From Tubiluchus corallicola (Eukaryota; Animalia; Priapulida): a DNA stretch of 64,000 bases. The stretch spans positions 1-64,000 of the forward strand of contig JAQGDQ010000721.1 of NCBI GenBank assembly GCA_030141605.1. The letters run 5' to 3'. This document shows, in pieces, positions 38,993 to 52,752 of the stretch. A program made the position numbers and the translations under genes. Numbering within the stretch: position 1 is the first letter of the stretch; every line of letters begins with the position of its first letter. The notes under the pieces are model-generated. The model was not told the DNA's origin, did no database searches, and saw only the letters and a program-made list of their open reading frames with translations.

Positions 38993-41884
38993 GCTGATTG
39001 GGACAAAACAGTGGAATGTTCTGTTTTTTCTGTTGGAAGTTAACTTAATGCTTGTAATAATACAACGCCTTGGTGTATTAGTGCACTAGTGCATTCTACC
39101 GTTTCTGTTTCAAGTAAAGTTTCTGTTGATAAAATTGAAAGGACTATAATCACGTTTGAGTTTTTAGTTTTGGGTTCCTAGTTTAATAGCTTTTCAAAAT
39201 TTTTGTATGCTATGATATTTAAACCTGAGACTGCGTGTTAATAATTGCCGTTTGGATAAGAGGAGAAAGTTTCAAAACATGCTCAATCACGTAAATAAAC
39301 ATTAGTCAAAATGAACACAAAAACACTTTAGATGTGGACTTCTAAAAATCGTGATCTTCTTTGAAATTTAATTCCTTCACGACGACAAATATTTATGAAG
39401 TTTTGACAACCCCGTACAAAAATACCAATAACAGCTTAATTGCATGAACTACTAGTGCAAAACTCTATATATTCTGAAAGAGAGATAAATTTTCCTTCTA
39501 CTGCTGTAGACAAAAAAAACATAATTAGACTCAGTGGTGTAATTAAAGGATGATAAATAAGGTTTGTAGAATTTCCACTGAATTTTCATTTCAAAGCCTT
39601 CTAGTTTCCAAATGATAGCTTGTACCTAAAACTGAACAACATATAGACTGTAGAACTTTCTTTTCTGCACAAGAATTTGTAAAAAGCCTTCAAATCACTC
39701 TAAGCTTGGAAATTAGCAGCTGTATAGAGTAGCGAAGGTGTTATGAAAATTGTACTGGAATTTAACCTCTTGCTTACAGTAGGGTCTGCCCTTCCTTAGA
39801 TGCAGCTGATTATAAGTATGGGCAGGTGCGCTGTGGAAGTATCAGCGTACATCCCCAGTAGTAGCTGAGCACATAATAGTGCACATTTATTTATTTGCTG
39901 GTTTATTCAGTACTGAATTTGTTTACTTGCTAAGAATTTTGCAGTAGTGGAAACACAGTATGACAGTTTACTTATTTCTAGCACTACAGCTGACGTCAAA
40001 CACGTTGGTCTTTCGCTCCGCCCCCGCTGTATCGTAAGCGTGGTCAGCAACATTCGGGACAACAACTATCTAAACTAAATTAAAGTAAGCGTAACAACAT
40101 GACAGTCACAACTAATGTCTAATAAACAGATAAACTGATTGCATTTTTTTATAAACACAAACTTGCAAAACAGCAGCTATTTTTACACGAAATTAACACA
40201 TCAAGTAGCCAGAAATATTAGGTCTCTTAACTTTGAACATAGATACATCATGGCTGTGATGCATTTTTATACATTAGTTAATCTATCAGGATCTAACACG
40301 CATCTAACAGGTTACTCTCACCGTCTTTCCAATAACTGTAACTGCTAGTCTGCTCAATTTTCAAATAAAAAATCAAAAATCAATAAAAAAATCGCAATTT
40401 TATTGTAATGCTTGCAATTTTTTAGCATAACACAAATAAACGCATACTAATTATAGGTAAACAGACTTTATATTCTCCATGCAATGTCAGATGAATTATC
40501 ATTTAAAATAATTTCATTGTCATCAGTGTCAAATGTAAGAGCTGGCATTTCATCGCTAAAAAGGTTTTCAGAAAGGATATTATGCAACTGAAACATCAAA
40601 TCTGCTTAAAAAACTGTTCAACGCTAGCTGTTACTTTCTGTGAATGCACGCCCAGGTGCAACAAAAATTACCTTGGCTTGTTAATAATAGCCTGAGCTAA
40701 AGAGTGGCATTGAAGCAAATCTTTTGTCCATTGGTTTGCAAAAAAATGTACAAACACTGAAAATGAAGAAAGCAATAGAACTTATTTCATTATATGATTT
40801 AGTTGTATATTGATCGTTACTTTTCTATATTTCATTGAAATTGAAGGCATGAAAGTTTAGCTCATAAGGTTTTGTTTTTACCCGTGAGATGAGCCACTGA
40901 ACTGTCACGAGTGACTAAGTTCTAGCTGCTCACATAGGGTCAGTTATTGCAAAATGCAAAAAGTCAATTTGGCAAAATGTAGAACATATGTACTCAGCTG
41001 TTAAAACTTATTGTTTGGGGGGGAGGGGTGCTAAAATAAACTTAATTTTTCAAACTTTTGCTTGTTCAAGTAAATGAATAATTATAGTGCACCACGAGTG
41101 CCTAATTCAAGCTTTCAGGAACAAACAGTCTTGCCATGTTTGTAAGAGCAAAATCTTCGTAGAGTATTCTTTTACAAACTCCACAATAGTGGGTGCGTTC
41201 AGTAAGAAAAATTATGAATCCATTTAATTTATTTTAATCTGTCGTTGTTCCTAACTCTTAACTTGGCATCTTTTTCCAGGTTTGACGTATTTGCACAAGC
41301 GTGGATTTGTCCAAATACATTTCATTACTTCACAAACATGCAGGAAACTATTCATTCGTGTTTAGTATTTCACAACAAACCCTGAGATAATTTACCGATG
41401 CTCTAAAGAGTTATTGTGTCAAACATTTGCAATAGCATTTGTTCAAACAGTCAGGGTTGTTACACACGAATCTGCGTTTACACATTGGATTTGAGCTATT
41501 TCGCACAAATGTTAAAATCTTTCATGTTACATTCAGTCTTTTAATAAACTTTTCCGAATTTTTCAAAATTTATTTTCTTGCTCTTATTCTGGCACCTCTC
41601 CCTGTGGGCTCTCAATGATAAGACATGATAATGATTTGACATGATAAGCACACTTTTGGCAAAGGAGATTAAATGTTGGCAATTTCAGTTAATAATCTGT
41701 TAGTGCCTAGTGGCACAGCTCATTTGAAGCATGTTGTTCATAGGAATAGCTATAACTTTCAATACTTCACGTCATACTATGATCCTGCTCGGATCATTTG
41801 CGATTACAAACCGGTACTTTTAACTCAATTGAAGTATTTTGCCATTCTTTCAATGGTGCTCCAGGGTGGTGATTTAATTTAAAA

Positions 41885-42497
41885 AAGTTTATATTCTGTA
41901 GACATTCTTGTCTGCATATGCTTTTCATCTCTTCTTGACATTCACTGGGGTTCCCGAGGTTAGCTAAACAAAAAGCTTCTGCAGACTATTGATAATATTC
42001 TCTCTCTTTCAGCTCATTCTTTCCAGTATTTAAACAGTAAACAGGGTGTGACTAGTTTACTTAAGAATTCTGACATCTAATAAATTACTTTTTCACTTTT
42101 TAACACAAACAAGTAAAGTGTTCATCCATGTTTTAAATCAAATATAGACGTATTAAATTTGAAAGTGCTCTTATTGCGCGTGATTTTGAAAAATATTTTT
42201 GCAAACTTCGTGATCGCGAATCAGTGACTATAAATCATATATTCAAAGCTCATTTGACGCGAGGATTAACCCTCATAAGGATGTATCCATATGGCTTATT
42301 TGCTCAAATTGTTGCAGAGTTTCCTAGGCATTATTGATTTTGTGAATAATGAAAACATTTTATTTAGATAAAGAAAACAACACACTGCATCAGTCTGCCG
42401 CAATTTTAAAAATCGTAATAGCACGTGTTAAAGCAACCAACGTCTTAAAATTAACGAACTGCGTCTCGGTGAATGTCTGTTATTTGTCTACAACTGC
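41885..42497 (+). repeat. Interspersed repeat homologous to 58670-60144
   Basis: Long shared blocks from aagtttatattctgtagacattcttgtctgcat through ctcggtgaatgtctgttatttgtctacaactgc. Confidence 0.9.
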
Positions 42498-42769
42498 AAT
42501 GGTGGGTTATAATTTGTCCATATAGAAAATCGCGGCGTGTTCTGTCTTGCTCGATTAGTTATCAAAGAATTTAAATGATTATCGGTATTTTGGAGTTTAA
42601 AGTTTCTCCTGTGCAGAAAGTGATACTAAGACGTATGCAATACTTATTGAGGCAATAATGAGAAATGGTTATTGCTTCACCCTTCTTTGTAGAAAAGATT
42701 TTGTCAATTTTAATGGAATGTTATAGCGAAAGCTATTATTAGTCTTGTCTGTATTTGCTCTGCTTTCTT

Positions 42770-43620
42770 TGTTAACTCTTTCCCAGGTGTAGAATGCAGG
42801 CTTTTGAAATTCAAGTGCGTAATCACTCTGTTTTATTTGCTTAACTCTTTCGCCGGTGGCATTTTCTAGATTACCCAGGTTAATTTATTGACACAAGATG
42901 ATTTTAACTCAATTTCGGAATTTTTCACGTATACGTATCGCGGCATCTTGGTTTTGAAAAGCTCTTTGTAGGAAAGCTTTTGAAGAATATTAAGTATTTG
43001 TGAAATCTCTCAAGTTGTTCAAAGTAAAGTGCTTTGATGAATCTAAGTTTACACAGTCAGATATTTCTTCTCGTCTCTTCCTTTGTGTTTTTAGGTTTGT
43101 TTGATTTATACATGAATTTTACGATGTGAGAAACTATTGTTAAGAGCGCAGAAAAATCCATTTAGACACGTTTAAAGTCAATATTCAACGTGAATTTGAA
43201 AATTTCTTCTGTCGTTCAAGTTAATAATGTTAATGAAATGGCTGTTGATGTCTACTACATCAGAATAGAAAGCTTGTCTTAACTACTTGTAATGAAAATA
43301 TTGGCAGGTTTAACGAAGAGTTCAATAATAAGGGTATCGAACCATCATGATTTTCAGCAAAAGTTTCCAAGAAAGAGCGAAAATAACTTCTCTTTGCAGG
43401 GTGCTGTTGAGCATGAGGAGTGGTACTGAATCACACTCCTTTGTACAAAAGCTTTTGATAATTTTACTGGATTGCAGCAGCCTATTGTTAATCCTGTCCG
43501 TAATTACTCTGTTGTAATTTCTTAACTCTTTCCCAGGTGTGGAATGCAACCTTTTGAAATTAAGTGTGTAATCACTCTGCTTTGTCTGCTTAACTCTTTC
43601 TCTCAGGTGTGGAAATTCAA
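42770..43620 (+). repeat. ~90-bp direct repeats at 42770-42860 and 43522-43620
   Basis: ttaactctttcccaggtgt.gaatgca..cttttgaaatt.aagtg.gtaatcactctg occurs twice. Confidence 0.8.
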
Positions 43621-44764
43621 GTGAGGAAGATCACACAGTCAATTTCTTCTAGGTTTACTTCACACTTGCCACACACACCTAAATTGGAAAAATAGAGGCT
43701 AATTAGGAAACAGGGAGTAGCTTGTATAATCTACTTGTGTGCCGATCAGTAAGGGAAAACGTTGAAGGTATATATGATAGCAATGGTATCGAATTTTTCT
43801 TGTAAACACAACGTCTTCAGGTTGGGAAAATGACTTCAGTAGAGTATTATAATAATCCTGAGATTTAGTAGGCTTCTCTTTGTGCTGAGTTTCAATGTGG
43901 ATGGTTCAAAATTTTCAAATTACTAATTGAATAATAAGTAAAACATCCACCTCACCAATGAAACGGCAACATGTAACTTACACCACATGACCCACATCGT
44001 GCCATCACAACTGCCATACCACACCAGCCTCACCATGCCATTCCCACGAAGCCAAACGCACGATATCATACCACATAATGCAGATGATGATAACAATTTT
44101 GATGACTGTGATGGTGCTGACAATGTCGATGATGGTGACATCTGACGAGCGACAATAACAACACAACAGCACAACAGTCAAACATTTTGCACAAATTTTA
44201 AGCTGTGTGCTATGACAAATGCTAGTACCTCCTTAAGGACCACAAGGCCTTACAAGGCCTATGATTTTTGCAATTGTATGAGCACAGACAAAGCTAAATA
44301 ATTATAAATTAGGCACCGTTCTATTCGGGAGAACATTAGCTATTCAATCACGGTATTTATTTAAGCATCTATGTGTGATTTAATTGGATCATTTCAAGAA
44401 TAACACGCCCTAACAATTCAGGCACTCCATGTTTGCCCTTTGAGTTGCTAAGTGTGGGTTACACTTGCGAGATTGTACAAACTACTTTGTTATGACCTGC
44501 TTGCTACAGCCCGAGAACACAGATTTCTACTGCTTGCTGCAGCCCGAGAACACAGATTTCTACAGCTATTACAGGGGAATTTCAGCCAATGACAAATTAA
44601 GGTTGGCCGGCACAAGCGCGCTGAGTGGTGGAAGAAAACAAAATATCTCTCCTAAAAATCGTAAAATTTCAACGTTTGAAAAAATTAAAGTGGAGTTTGC
44701 TCTATTTTTGAAAAAAAATTCTTTTTAATTAAAGTAAACAACAACAACCAAAATTTCCCGTTCT

Positions 44765-45035
44765 GGAGACGAAACAATAGAGGTAAACTGGAAGTTGGAA
44801 CAACATCTACTGATAGTATGTGGCTATGTTTTGCAAGGGAAGGAGACTGCCTGCCAGTTTCGTGGCGAACACCCAACCGGGCAATTTGTCGGGCACTCAC
44901 TGGGTGGCGCTGTACGTCAGCGCCTTGGGACGCTGAGAATACTTCGATTCGTAAGGCCTGGTGCCCACCTGCAGAACCAGAAGCTTTCTAAACCGAAAAT
45001 GCAGTAGCAATTGGACTTTCAACACCAATAAAATG
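44765..45035 (+). mobile_element. Polinton/Maverick adenain-like cysteine protease remnant
   Basis: The frame starting at 44841 reads RRLPASFVANTQPGNLSGTHWVALYVSALGR*EYFDS*GLVP..FL..WTFN, the NT....GxHWVA..EYFDSxG signature, with two stops; the segment is GC-rich. Confidence 0.8.
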
Positions 45036-45039
45036 TATG

Positions 45040-45556
45040 TTTGTATAGAATATAAGTAAATATGTGCGGTTGCACAGAAAGTAAGTAAATATGTGCGGTT
45101 GCATAGAAAATAAGTAAATATGTGTGGTTGCATAGAATATAAGTAAATATGTTTGGTTGCATAGAAAATAAGTAAATATGTGCGGTTGCATAGAAAATAA
45201 GAAAATATATGAGGTTGCATAGAAAATAAGTAAATATGTGTGGTTGCATCGAAAATAAGAAAATATATGAGGTTGCATAGAAAATGAGTAAATATGTGTG
45301 GTTGCATCGAAAATAAGAAAATATATGAGGTTGCATAGAAAATGAGTAAATATGTGTGGTTGCATAGAAAATAAGTAAATATGTGTGGTTGTATAGAATA
45401 TAAGCAAATATGTGCAGTTGCATAGAAAATAAGTAAATATGTGTGGTTGTATAGAATATAAGTAAATATGTGCGGTTGTATAGAATATAAGTAAATATGT
45501 GCGGTTGTATAGAATATAAGTAAATTTGTGCAGTTGTCAGCAAATAAATGAGGTTG
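45040..45556. repeat. 29-bp minisatellite (atagaaaataagtaaatatgtgtggttgc), ~17 copies
   Basis: Head-to-tail units; explains the three overlapping repetitive minus-strand ORFs. Confidence 0.97.
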
Positions 45557-46020
45557 TCTTTTCCATAGAAACAATTACGCCCCCAGTATGACCCGTCTTT
45601 AAATTGTGCCGCTCCAATCCCTGCAGCCTTGAAATACTGTAAAATTGCTTCACAGACATTGAGAGGCATTAAGAGACCCACTGGCAGGAGCTACATGTGA
45701 AATGTGAGTATCTTTTTGTCGAGACAGAAAGGAGTTATTTTACTCAGTAATTTGTTCAATGTAAAATGTGTCACCTTTTTAGCTTGAATTTGGTTTTGTC
45801 CTTTCGTCTATCAAAACAGAGTGCAATTATTGATTCACTGGTAACTTGACGTTGCAGACTTGTTCTCAGTTTGGATCTTTCTCTACAGATTTTGTGTCTG
45901 TCTATAACATGACCTGCATCACATTTTTGGATAATTCCAACATCTTTTAATGTGGTAGATGCTATAGCAGCAGCTGCAGCACTCTACCGGAAATGCCAAA
46001 TCCATCTGCTTATAATGCAA
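45557..46020 (-). mobile_element. Second, deleted copy of the decayed transposase at 34600-35070
   Basis: Direct nucleotide homology, e.g. ctgcagccttgaaatactgtaaaattgcttcacagacatt and gttgcagacttgttctcagtttggatctttctctacaga occur in both. Confidence 0.88.
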
Positions 46021-48420
46021 GTAATCATTGGTTAACAGCCAGAAGATATTATGATGTTTTAACAGTTTAGCTTACAGACTACATATCTTGATTGGTACGA
46101 AATTAAATAAAATTCAGCAAAAACAAACAAACCAGTATATTAGTAGTAACAGAACAGTCACTTTTAAGTAGCTGCCATTTTGTTACTGAATTCCACAAAC
46201 GCTAATGCGCTGTAGGTGTTGTACAAGCTCATGGGTATATCAGGAGTAAAGAGTGCACATACTCAGCTTTTTGTTTAACTTGTACCTAATGTCTTTCACG
46301 TGCAATGCCTCCAGTATTGAAAAATCAGGGCATCATGTTCTTCCATTGGGATTTCGTAATTGTTTGCTTCAAGTACTTGGCACCTATTTGTAATAGAACT
46401 TGCTGATTTCTCTTGAAAATAATTTTGAAAATTTAGCAAATTTGTAAGCTGATCTCGTGAATCTGAAACTGCTTCTATATAAGAAAATTATCATTAAACT
46501 AACGACGGAAATATAAATACTAATGCTTTACAAGACTTCTTTGTAAACGTAAGCCCCACATTATCAAGTAATATTGAACCTACAAATACTGATGCGAATT
46601 TTCTTCTTAAAGGAAATCACGAATTTGCTGCGCCAGACATCCCTATAGTTTTTTGAAAACAGAACAAATCTACATAATAAGCCTTTTTGCGTTTTCCTTG
46701 CACGTGTACCACAACAATGCGTCTTAACTACAACCGTCACATGACATGTGGGTAAAGCAATAGTGCCAGCAGCATCGGTTCACAATTTATAATTTTGCAT
46801 TAGTCATTTCAGTCTTTGCGAAGAGTGATTTATTAACAGGATCTTGCTTGACGACAGAAAGAATGAACTAGGTATGTTTCTAGCTAACTGCTAAAGCTGT
46901 CACCATTACAGTAGCTTGAGATTGCGATGTGATGTCAAGTGCATATGCATGGATAAAACCACTTTTTTATCATTTTTGAATCATTTGTCCCATTTGAGTG
47001 ACTTATGTCACATATTTTGTGCCAAGGCACATTTCAAGTGACTATTACATTTGTATGTCCAATTACGATGGTATCCATGTACGACAGCTGGATGACGTAT
47101 GTGACAACAGCTTGCATGACGTATGTCAAATTTGATGTTACGAACAAACTTCATTTCCTGACCGAAGAAAACTATTATAATTGTAGATGTACATCTGGAA
47201 TTACAACACAAATAAATATTTTTTTATTCACAATAAACTTACTTTCAGTATGGCCAATGAGAGAAAACACAAAAGATAGAAAAGTAAAAAAAACGAGAAC
47301 CGATGATAAAAGAATGTTCGATTTTTTCGATTCGTCAGGCAAACAATGATTTGGTTATAACTCTTTCATATGGAGCTTTACAAAGGTTGTCATTTTATCT
47401 GGATGAAAACAGCGATATTATAGTGATTATACAATAATAATTATTGTTCCTTTTCTGCATCCCATCCAAGCTTTATTGGATTTTCTGGTAAACTCGCGAA
47501 ATGGACATTCCACACTAACAGAGGTTCAAAATCACATTCACCAATAGCTTCTTTAGCACTTCTTTGATAATTCATACCCACTTCTCTTCTGTTACAAGCT
47601 AATGTTTTGTTATCAGGTAAATTAACGTACAGTGTATACAAGTTGTTTACTGCGAAATAATACATAATACTGCTAAATTATCTCAACAAATTATGGTTTG
47701 GGATATTCTCAATACACAAGATGGAGGGGTGAAATAAACTTAAAAAAGTTAAAAAAATTCTCAATCATTTCTGATTAATTAATTGTTAATTGAGATCCCT
47801 AATTAAAACACTTCTTCTTCTTTTTCTTTCACCTTGCTACATTTCTCAGCCCGTATTTATCGCGTCTTCAAACATACACACGTGCGCATGTGCAACCATG
47901 CGCCTACAATACTTATGATGTAATAACGCTAGCAAACTCACCTGCAAACCCCAGAGCCCAATGGTTTAAGAGCAAGACTCGCGCGCAACCGGTAACGATT
48001 TCGACCCGAATTTAAGGAAAAAAAATTTCAACCCTACATTTATATCAAGAAATTCTCATTATACAAGACGGAGGGCTATTCTCATTATACAAGATGGAGG
48101 GGTGAAGTAAACTTAAAAAAATAAAAAAATCCTCCTGGGTATCAGGTATTCCCTGGGGTCCATAAATCACACAGTCCAGGAACATTAACCCTACGTATGT
48201 ATGTATGTGTATCATACCCGAGTATGCAAAGATTGAAGAAGATGCGTATTTAAAATTCCTGGTAATGCCGCGATAACGGGTCTCCTGCGATGGGCATTTC
48301 ACCAGACACATCCGCCCAAATTTTGCGGAAAACTGCACAAATAATCTCCAGAAAAAAATCGGTTTGTGCAACTGTTTCAGCACTTTAGGAAAATGGAAGG
48401 ATTGTACTTCGAAGTTCTTT

Positions 48421-51400
48421 TCAAATCTTATGTGTAGTTGTGTCCAAGCAATCAGTTTTAATTTGGTTAAACCTTTTCATAAACAGCTCTTTTGCAAAGT
48501 CATATAATTGAATATCAAGCTTGTTTTGTTGTTTGACTTGTTCTGTTTGCATGTTAGTCAGAGTTACGTTACCGGCAAATGTGGCGTTTGCTTCGACCTG
48601 ATGAAAAGCGTTTCTGAATCTTATATTAAATGTCTTTTCAAACAGACATTGTGACTTCAATTGTTCTTCTGCCAATCCAAAAAAAGCCAAGTTTTCAAGG
48701 TTTAATTTAGCACTCTGTAACATGATCATATCTCTGTCTTTTTTGGACATGGCAGATTTATTATAACATCCCACTAGAGTCAAATCACTGAGCATTCTCG
48801 TTTGTCGATTTCGGGCTAGATTTGATTCACAGTTTAGAAACTCATCTAAGGAGACTCCTTTCCAAGAAGACCCTTTCCAGCACACTGGAATCTCGTTGGG
48901 CGTGGGACGACGTCCATTACATTTATGAAGTGATCTTGGCCAGGTGGCACCACGTACTACGTTTGCATACTCGCTGAGAAACCGTTGAATTGGCTCCCGT
49001 AAAACAGTTATGTAGTAGTACCTTTAACAAGAATAAATTGAAGAAGTATTATTAATCATGGAATAATTTTTAAACAAAAATAAAAAGAAACTAATGGTAG
49101 AAACTGGACATGCTAGATTATTTATTGAGCTATAAGCTATAAGGGTAGATTAGTGAGCAATTAATGGCTGCCATAATTAATATTGTGTGTTTGAACTGGT
49201 GGTTGCAGTACTGGTACCTTGTAAGTCAAGGCGTTTGTCTCCACTTTTTCAAATTCCTTTCCTGCTCTAAATTTTGTTTTAAAAACTAATTAGCTATCTA
49301 ATTTTTTGTAATAATTTATCATACTTTTGATGATCATTGACAGTGCCCCACTTTTGTTCAAAAAAAGACGAATGACTTCATTGGAAGAAGAATGGGTGTT
49401 CAAGTGCCCAAGCATGAAAATTCGCGACCTTCAAAGTGTGTTTGCTAATTACACGAGGCACTTGTAGTTTTATGACTAAATCCTTCTAAAATTTTTCGCA
49501 AACATTGAAATAAGCCTAACTTCCTAGAAAGCTTGACCGTTTGCTTCAAGCACTGAACCACTTTTCATTGTATTTTAATCAGCACATTCTAATTATTTCT
49601 ACCCGCAGTGTTTCTACTGGAACACCCTGTACAAACAGAAAAACTGCCATGTCGAAGCGACCAGAAACAGCCGAATGGAGCCGTCTGTCTTCCAGCACTA
49701 TTTCATTCCGTCATAATCATTACATGGTCTGTTCAATAACATATAGACGTTTTTGTGGTGACGTTTTATATTAAAAGTAGTTTTTCTTGTAATACCTCTG
49801 AAATCCCACGGAATTATAAATCATTTTGGCGCCCTCCGAATTAAGGCCTGGATTTGCCCGGTTGTTCAACTTTGTATGTCCGCATTCTAAGAGTTTGTTT
49901 CTCTGTTTATAGCATCATTAAGATCTAGTCGCACACTGTCACGGACTGATTAGCCAATTTATGTCATCACTGTCACGAAGGGAGTACCTGTTTACAACTG
50001 TGGATTTCGATTTTAGTCGGTTGAACACTTTTCATTGCACCAGGGTTGTTGTGTTAGATAAATTAAATGAACTAGTACTGCATCAAAGCCTTAAAGGTGA
50101 AGAAAAGAGGCACCTGAAGTACGTTTCTGAAAAATCACATTAAAAATTGTGGAAACGATTTTTTGTTTGTTTTCATTTTAAATCTCCCTCAGTACTCTTC
50201 CGACAGCGCCATTACATGACGTCACCTACACAAATATATATCAGGCAATGCCAAATTATATTCCAAAAACTTTCCTTGCAAATCTATATTACTTAGCATT
50301 ACGCTTACCTGCTTTAAAGTCTTATGGAACAAGAAAAAAAATTAAAACGTTCGTGCGAATTGGTAATATGTTGCTGGGTTACCATACAGGGTGCGTCACT
50401 CACTAACCAAAAACATATTTTTAATCTTATTGACAAAATACAGTAATTTAAAATTTTACTATCTTACGAATGCTCTGATTATTTTTTCAAACTTTACACA
50501 TTGTTATCTAAACTTGTTTCAAACGACCTCCATTTAAACTAAAGGTCATTGCGGGAGTTTAAATTTAAAAGTTTTATACAGATTTACTGCTGGCGCAAAC
50601 ACTGCATGCAAAAGCAGTAAAAATGCGTAAGTAGTTTAAAATTCAAGACGAATTTTCTAAGCTTGGTGTAAGTGGAGGGTTTTCTTGTGCTTTAATATAG
50701 CTATAGGAAGTAGTGTTTTGTCGAAGTTGTTATTGTTTTCCAAAAGGTAACTTTAATTATGTTATTAATTATAAAATATTCCAATGAGTAGACGACTGTA
50801 CATTTCGTACTAAACATTTCGTACTTAGTAGTTTCTATCTCACGTGAAATGCGTCAGTCTTAAATATTCGAACAATAAAGTTTTTTAGCTGTCGATTTAT
50901 TACCAATATATCTAATATAATCCTGTAGTGAACTTTTCAGCTTGTGTAGGTATAGTCAATTCTTACTGTAAATGTTTTTGTTAATACTGAATATAATGTG
51001 TTGTGGTGAGAGTCCTAAATCATGTTTCTTAAACTGTCTGATCCAATCCTATAATATTCTGTTTAAACTAAAACTGCTTTAGAAATTGTAAAATTTGTTC
51101 TTACTTTCTCTTGCCAACAGATTTTCCCGTTTTTTTATTCAACACACGATCTACACATGGTAAAAGTTCTGTCCAGTCTGCATGAACACCACATGGCCAT
51201 CCGGTAGTAAACCGACTAAACAACCAGGTTCCTCTCTCAGAATTTGGACGATGACACTTACAGTACATAAGCCCTGTTCCTGTACTAATACTTTTACATC
51301 TGCATGGTTTGGGTATGTCAGTATTAACAACTAGATGGCGCCCAAAATTGCTACCTCCCGTTTTCTGGATGTGCAGAAACACAATCGTGTCGGAACCACT

Positions 51401-51610
51401 GAAATTAAAACTGAAGTTTGTCGCTGGCGGTCCCTGGTGGATATATGCAGGAAGATTCCCTGACAGCATTTGTAGGTTGGACTGTCGCTTTGATAATTCA
51501 TAATCATTGCTCACTTTTACCGTATCAGTGAAAATAGACAAAAAATACACGGTAAAACTTATAATGCCACAGATAATGCTGAAAAACACAAATCTGCAAA
51601 CTGTGTCCAT
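48421..51610 (-). CDS. HS6ST: Heparan sulfate 6-O-sulfotransferase; exons 51105-51610 and 48421-49021, 368 aa
   Basis: N-terminal TM; FLHIQKTGGSNFGRHLV, WLFSRFTTGWPCGVHADWTEL, YITVLREPIQRFLSEY, RGATW, NLARNRQTRMLSDLTLVGCYN, AFFGL, LFEKTF and LDIQLYDFAK. Phase-2 intron AA|gtaaga...ttaaag|G; 506+601 nt = 369 codons including stop. Confidence 0.97.
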
Positions 51611-52752
51611 ATTTAAAATAGATTTCCGCTTGCACTACTTTTGTAAGAAATGAATTGTAACAGACTGATAGAACATTTCCACTAAAATTACCGAGATGCG
51701 TTTTATTCAGTTGTATTTTTTAGCTTTGCTGTTGTCTACTGCCTCTGATAATCTGACAAATAAACAAAGCAATGCAAATAGTCGAGGTTAGTGACCTGCT
51801 GTACTGACACTCAAAAAATCCCGTAAGAAATTCCGGGTAAAAAAATACACTTTTACCTCTCATTTCTGTTGAACAGGAACATGCCACGCGTGGTGTGTAT
51901 CATTAATGAATGGCTAGTCAGTTCAACGATGGGTTCTTTGTACGCGGTACGAAAACGAGCCCCCCCCCCCCCCGCAAGCTCTAACACGGAAATGTTGTGA
52001 CGGTCAGTCTTCAGGGAAGTTGGGCATATTTCAGGGTTCACGAAAAATGCTAGAAAGATTCAGTATTAATACTGCAATCAGCGCCTCGTGTAGAAGAATC
52101 ACATTAAAGTTATGATCACTTCACACATGGTGCGCATCCATTTTGAACACCCCTTCTTCTTCCAATGACGTAATTCGTCCTGAAGAAAAGTAGTGCACTG
52201 TCAATTTGCATCAAAAAAAATTTACAAAAAAATTAGGTACTTTTGCGTCAACTTTAGGCAAGTTGCAGAAGTTTCAATTAGTTTAAGCAGCTCACCCTTA
52301 CGGAAAGCCACGACGCGCTAATGAAAAGTCACGAAATCATTTAATCATTTTCATACGAATGGCAGAAACTACCTGAAAATTTCTATTTAAATTTTTGCTT
52401 TTTAAGCAATTTTTTTGGCAAATTTGTTTTTTGTATTTTTCTAAGTTTTAATGATAATTGTAAAATAAACACAACATACTGAGTGACTTCTTCTTTCCTT
52501 TAAATTTAGTTGACAACAGCATTATGGCGACTGTACTACCGTCACAAATTTCGACAGAAAGTTTGTCAACTTTGCCGCGAATAAGCCGTGAAAATATAGA
52601 TGAAATTGTTAATAATCCTTCGTGGCGCTGCGGTTGCAAATGGCACCGGTTTATAAAATTCAAGATTATATTACCGAAAAATTTGTGTTATAACGTATGT
52701 CAAACCGTTTTTTTGTCTGTAATCATTGACCAAGTGACACAAATAGGCTATA

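Noticed and set aside
44795-45007. Lipase/esterase suggested by GHSLGG
   Set aside because: No other alpha/beta-hydrolase context; the overlapping frame matches a Polinton protease over a much longer stretch.
44897-45681. Three long overlapping minus-strand ORFs (139-225 aa)
   Set aside because: They are translations of a 29-bp minisatellite that lacks stops on that strand.
46200-46620. Short hAT-like (PNVFHVQC) and LINE-like (DFFVNVSP) scraps
   Set aside because: Too short and degraded to delimit as features.
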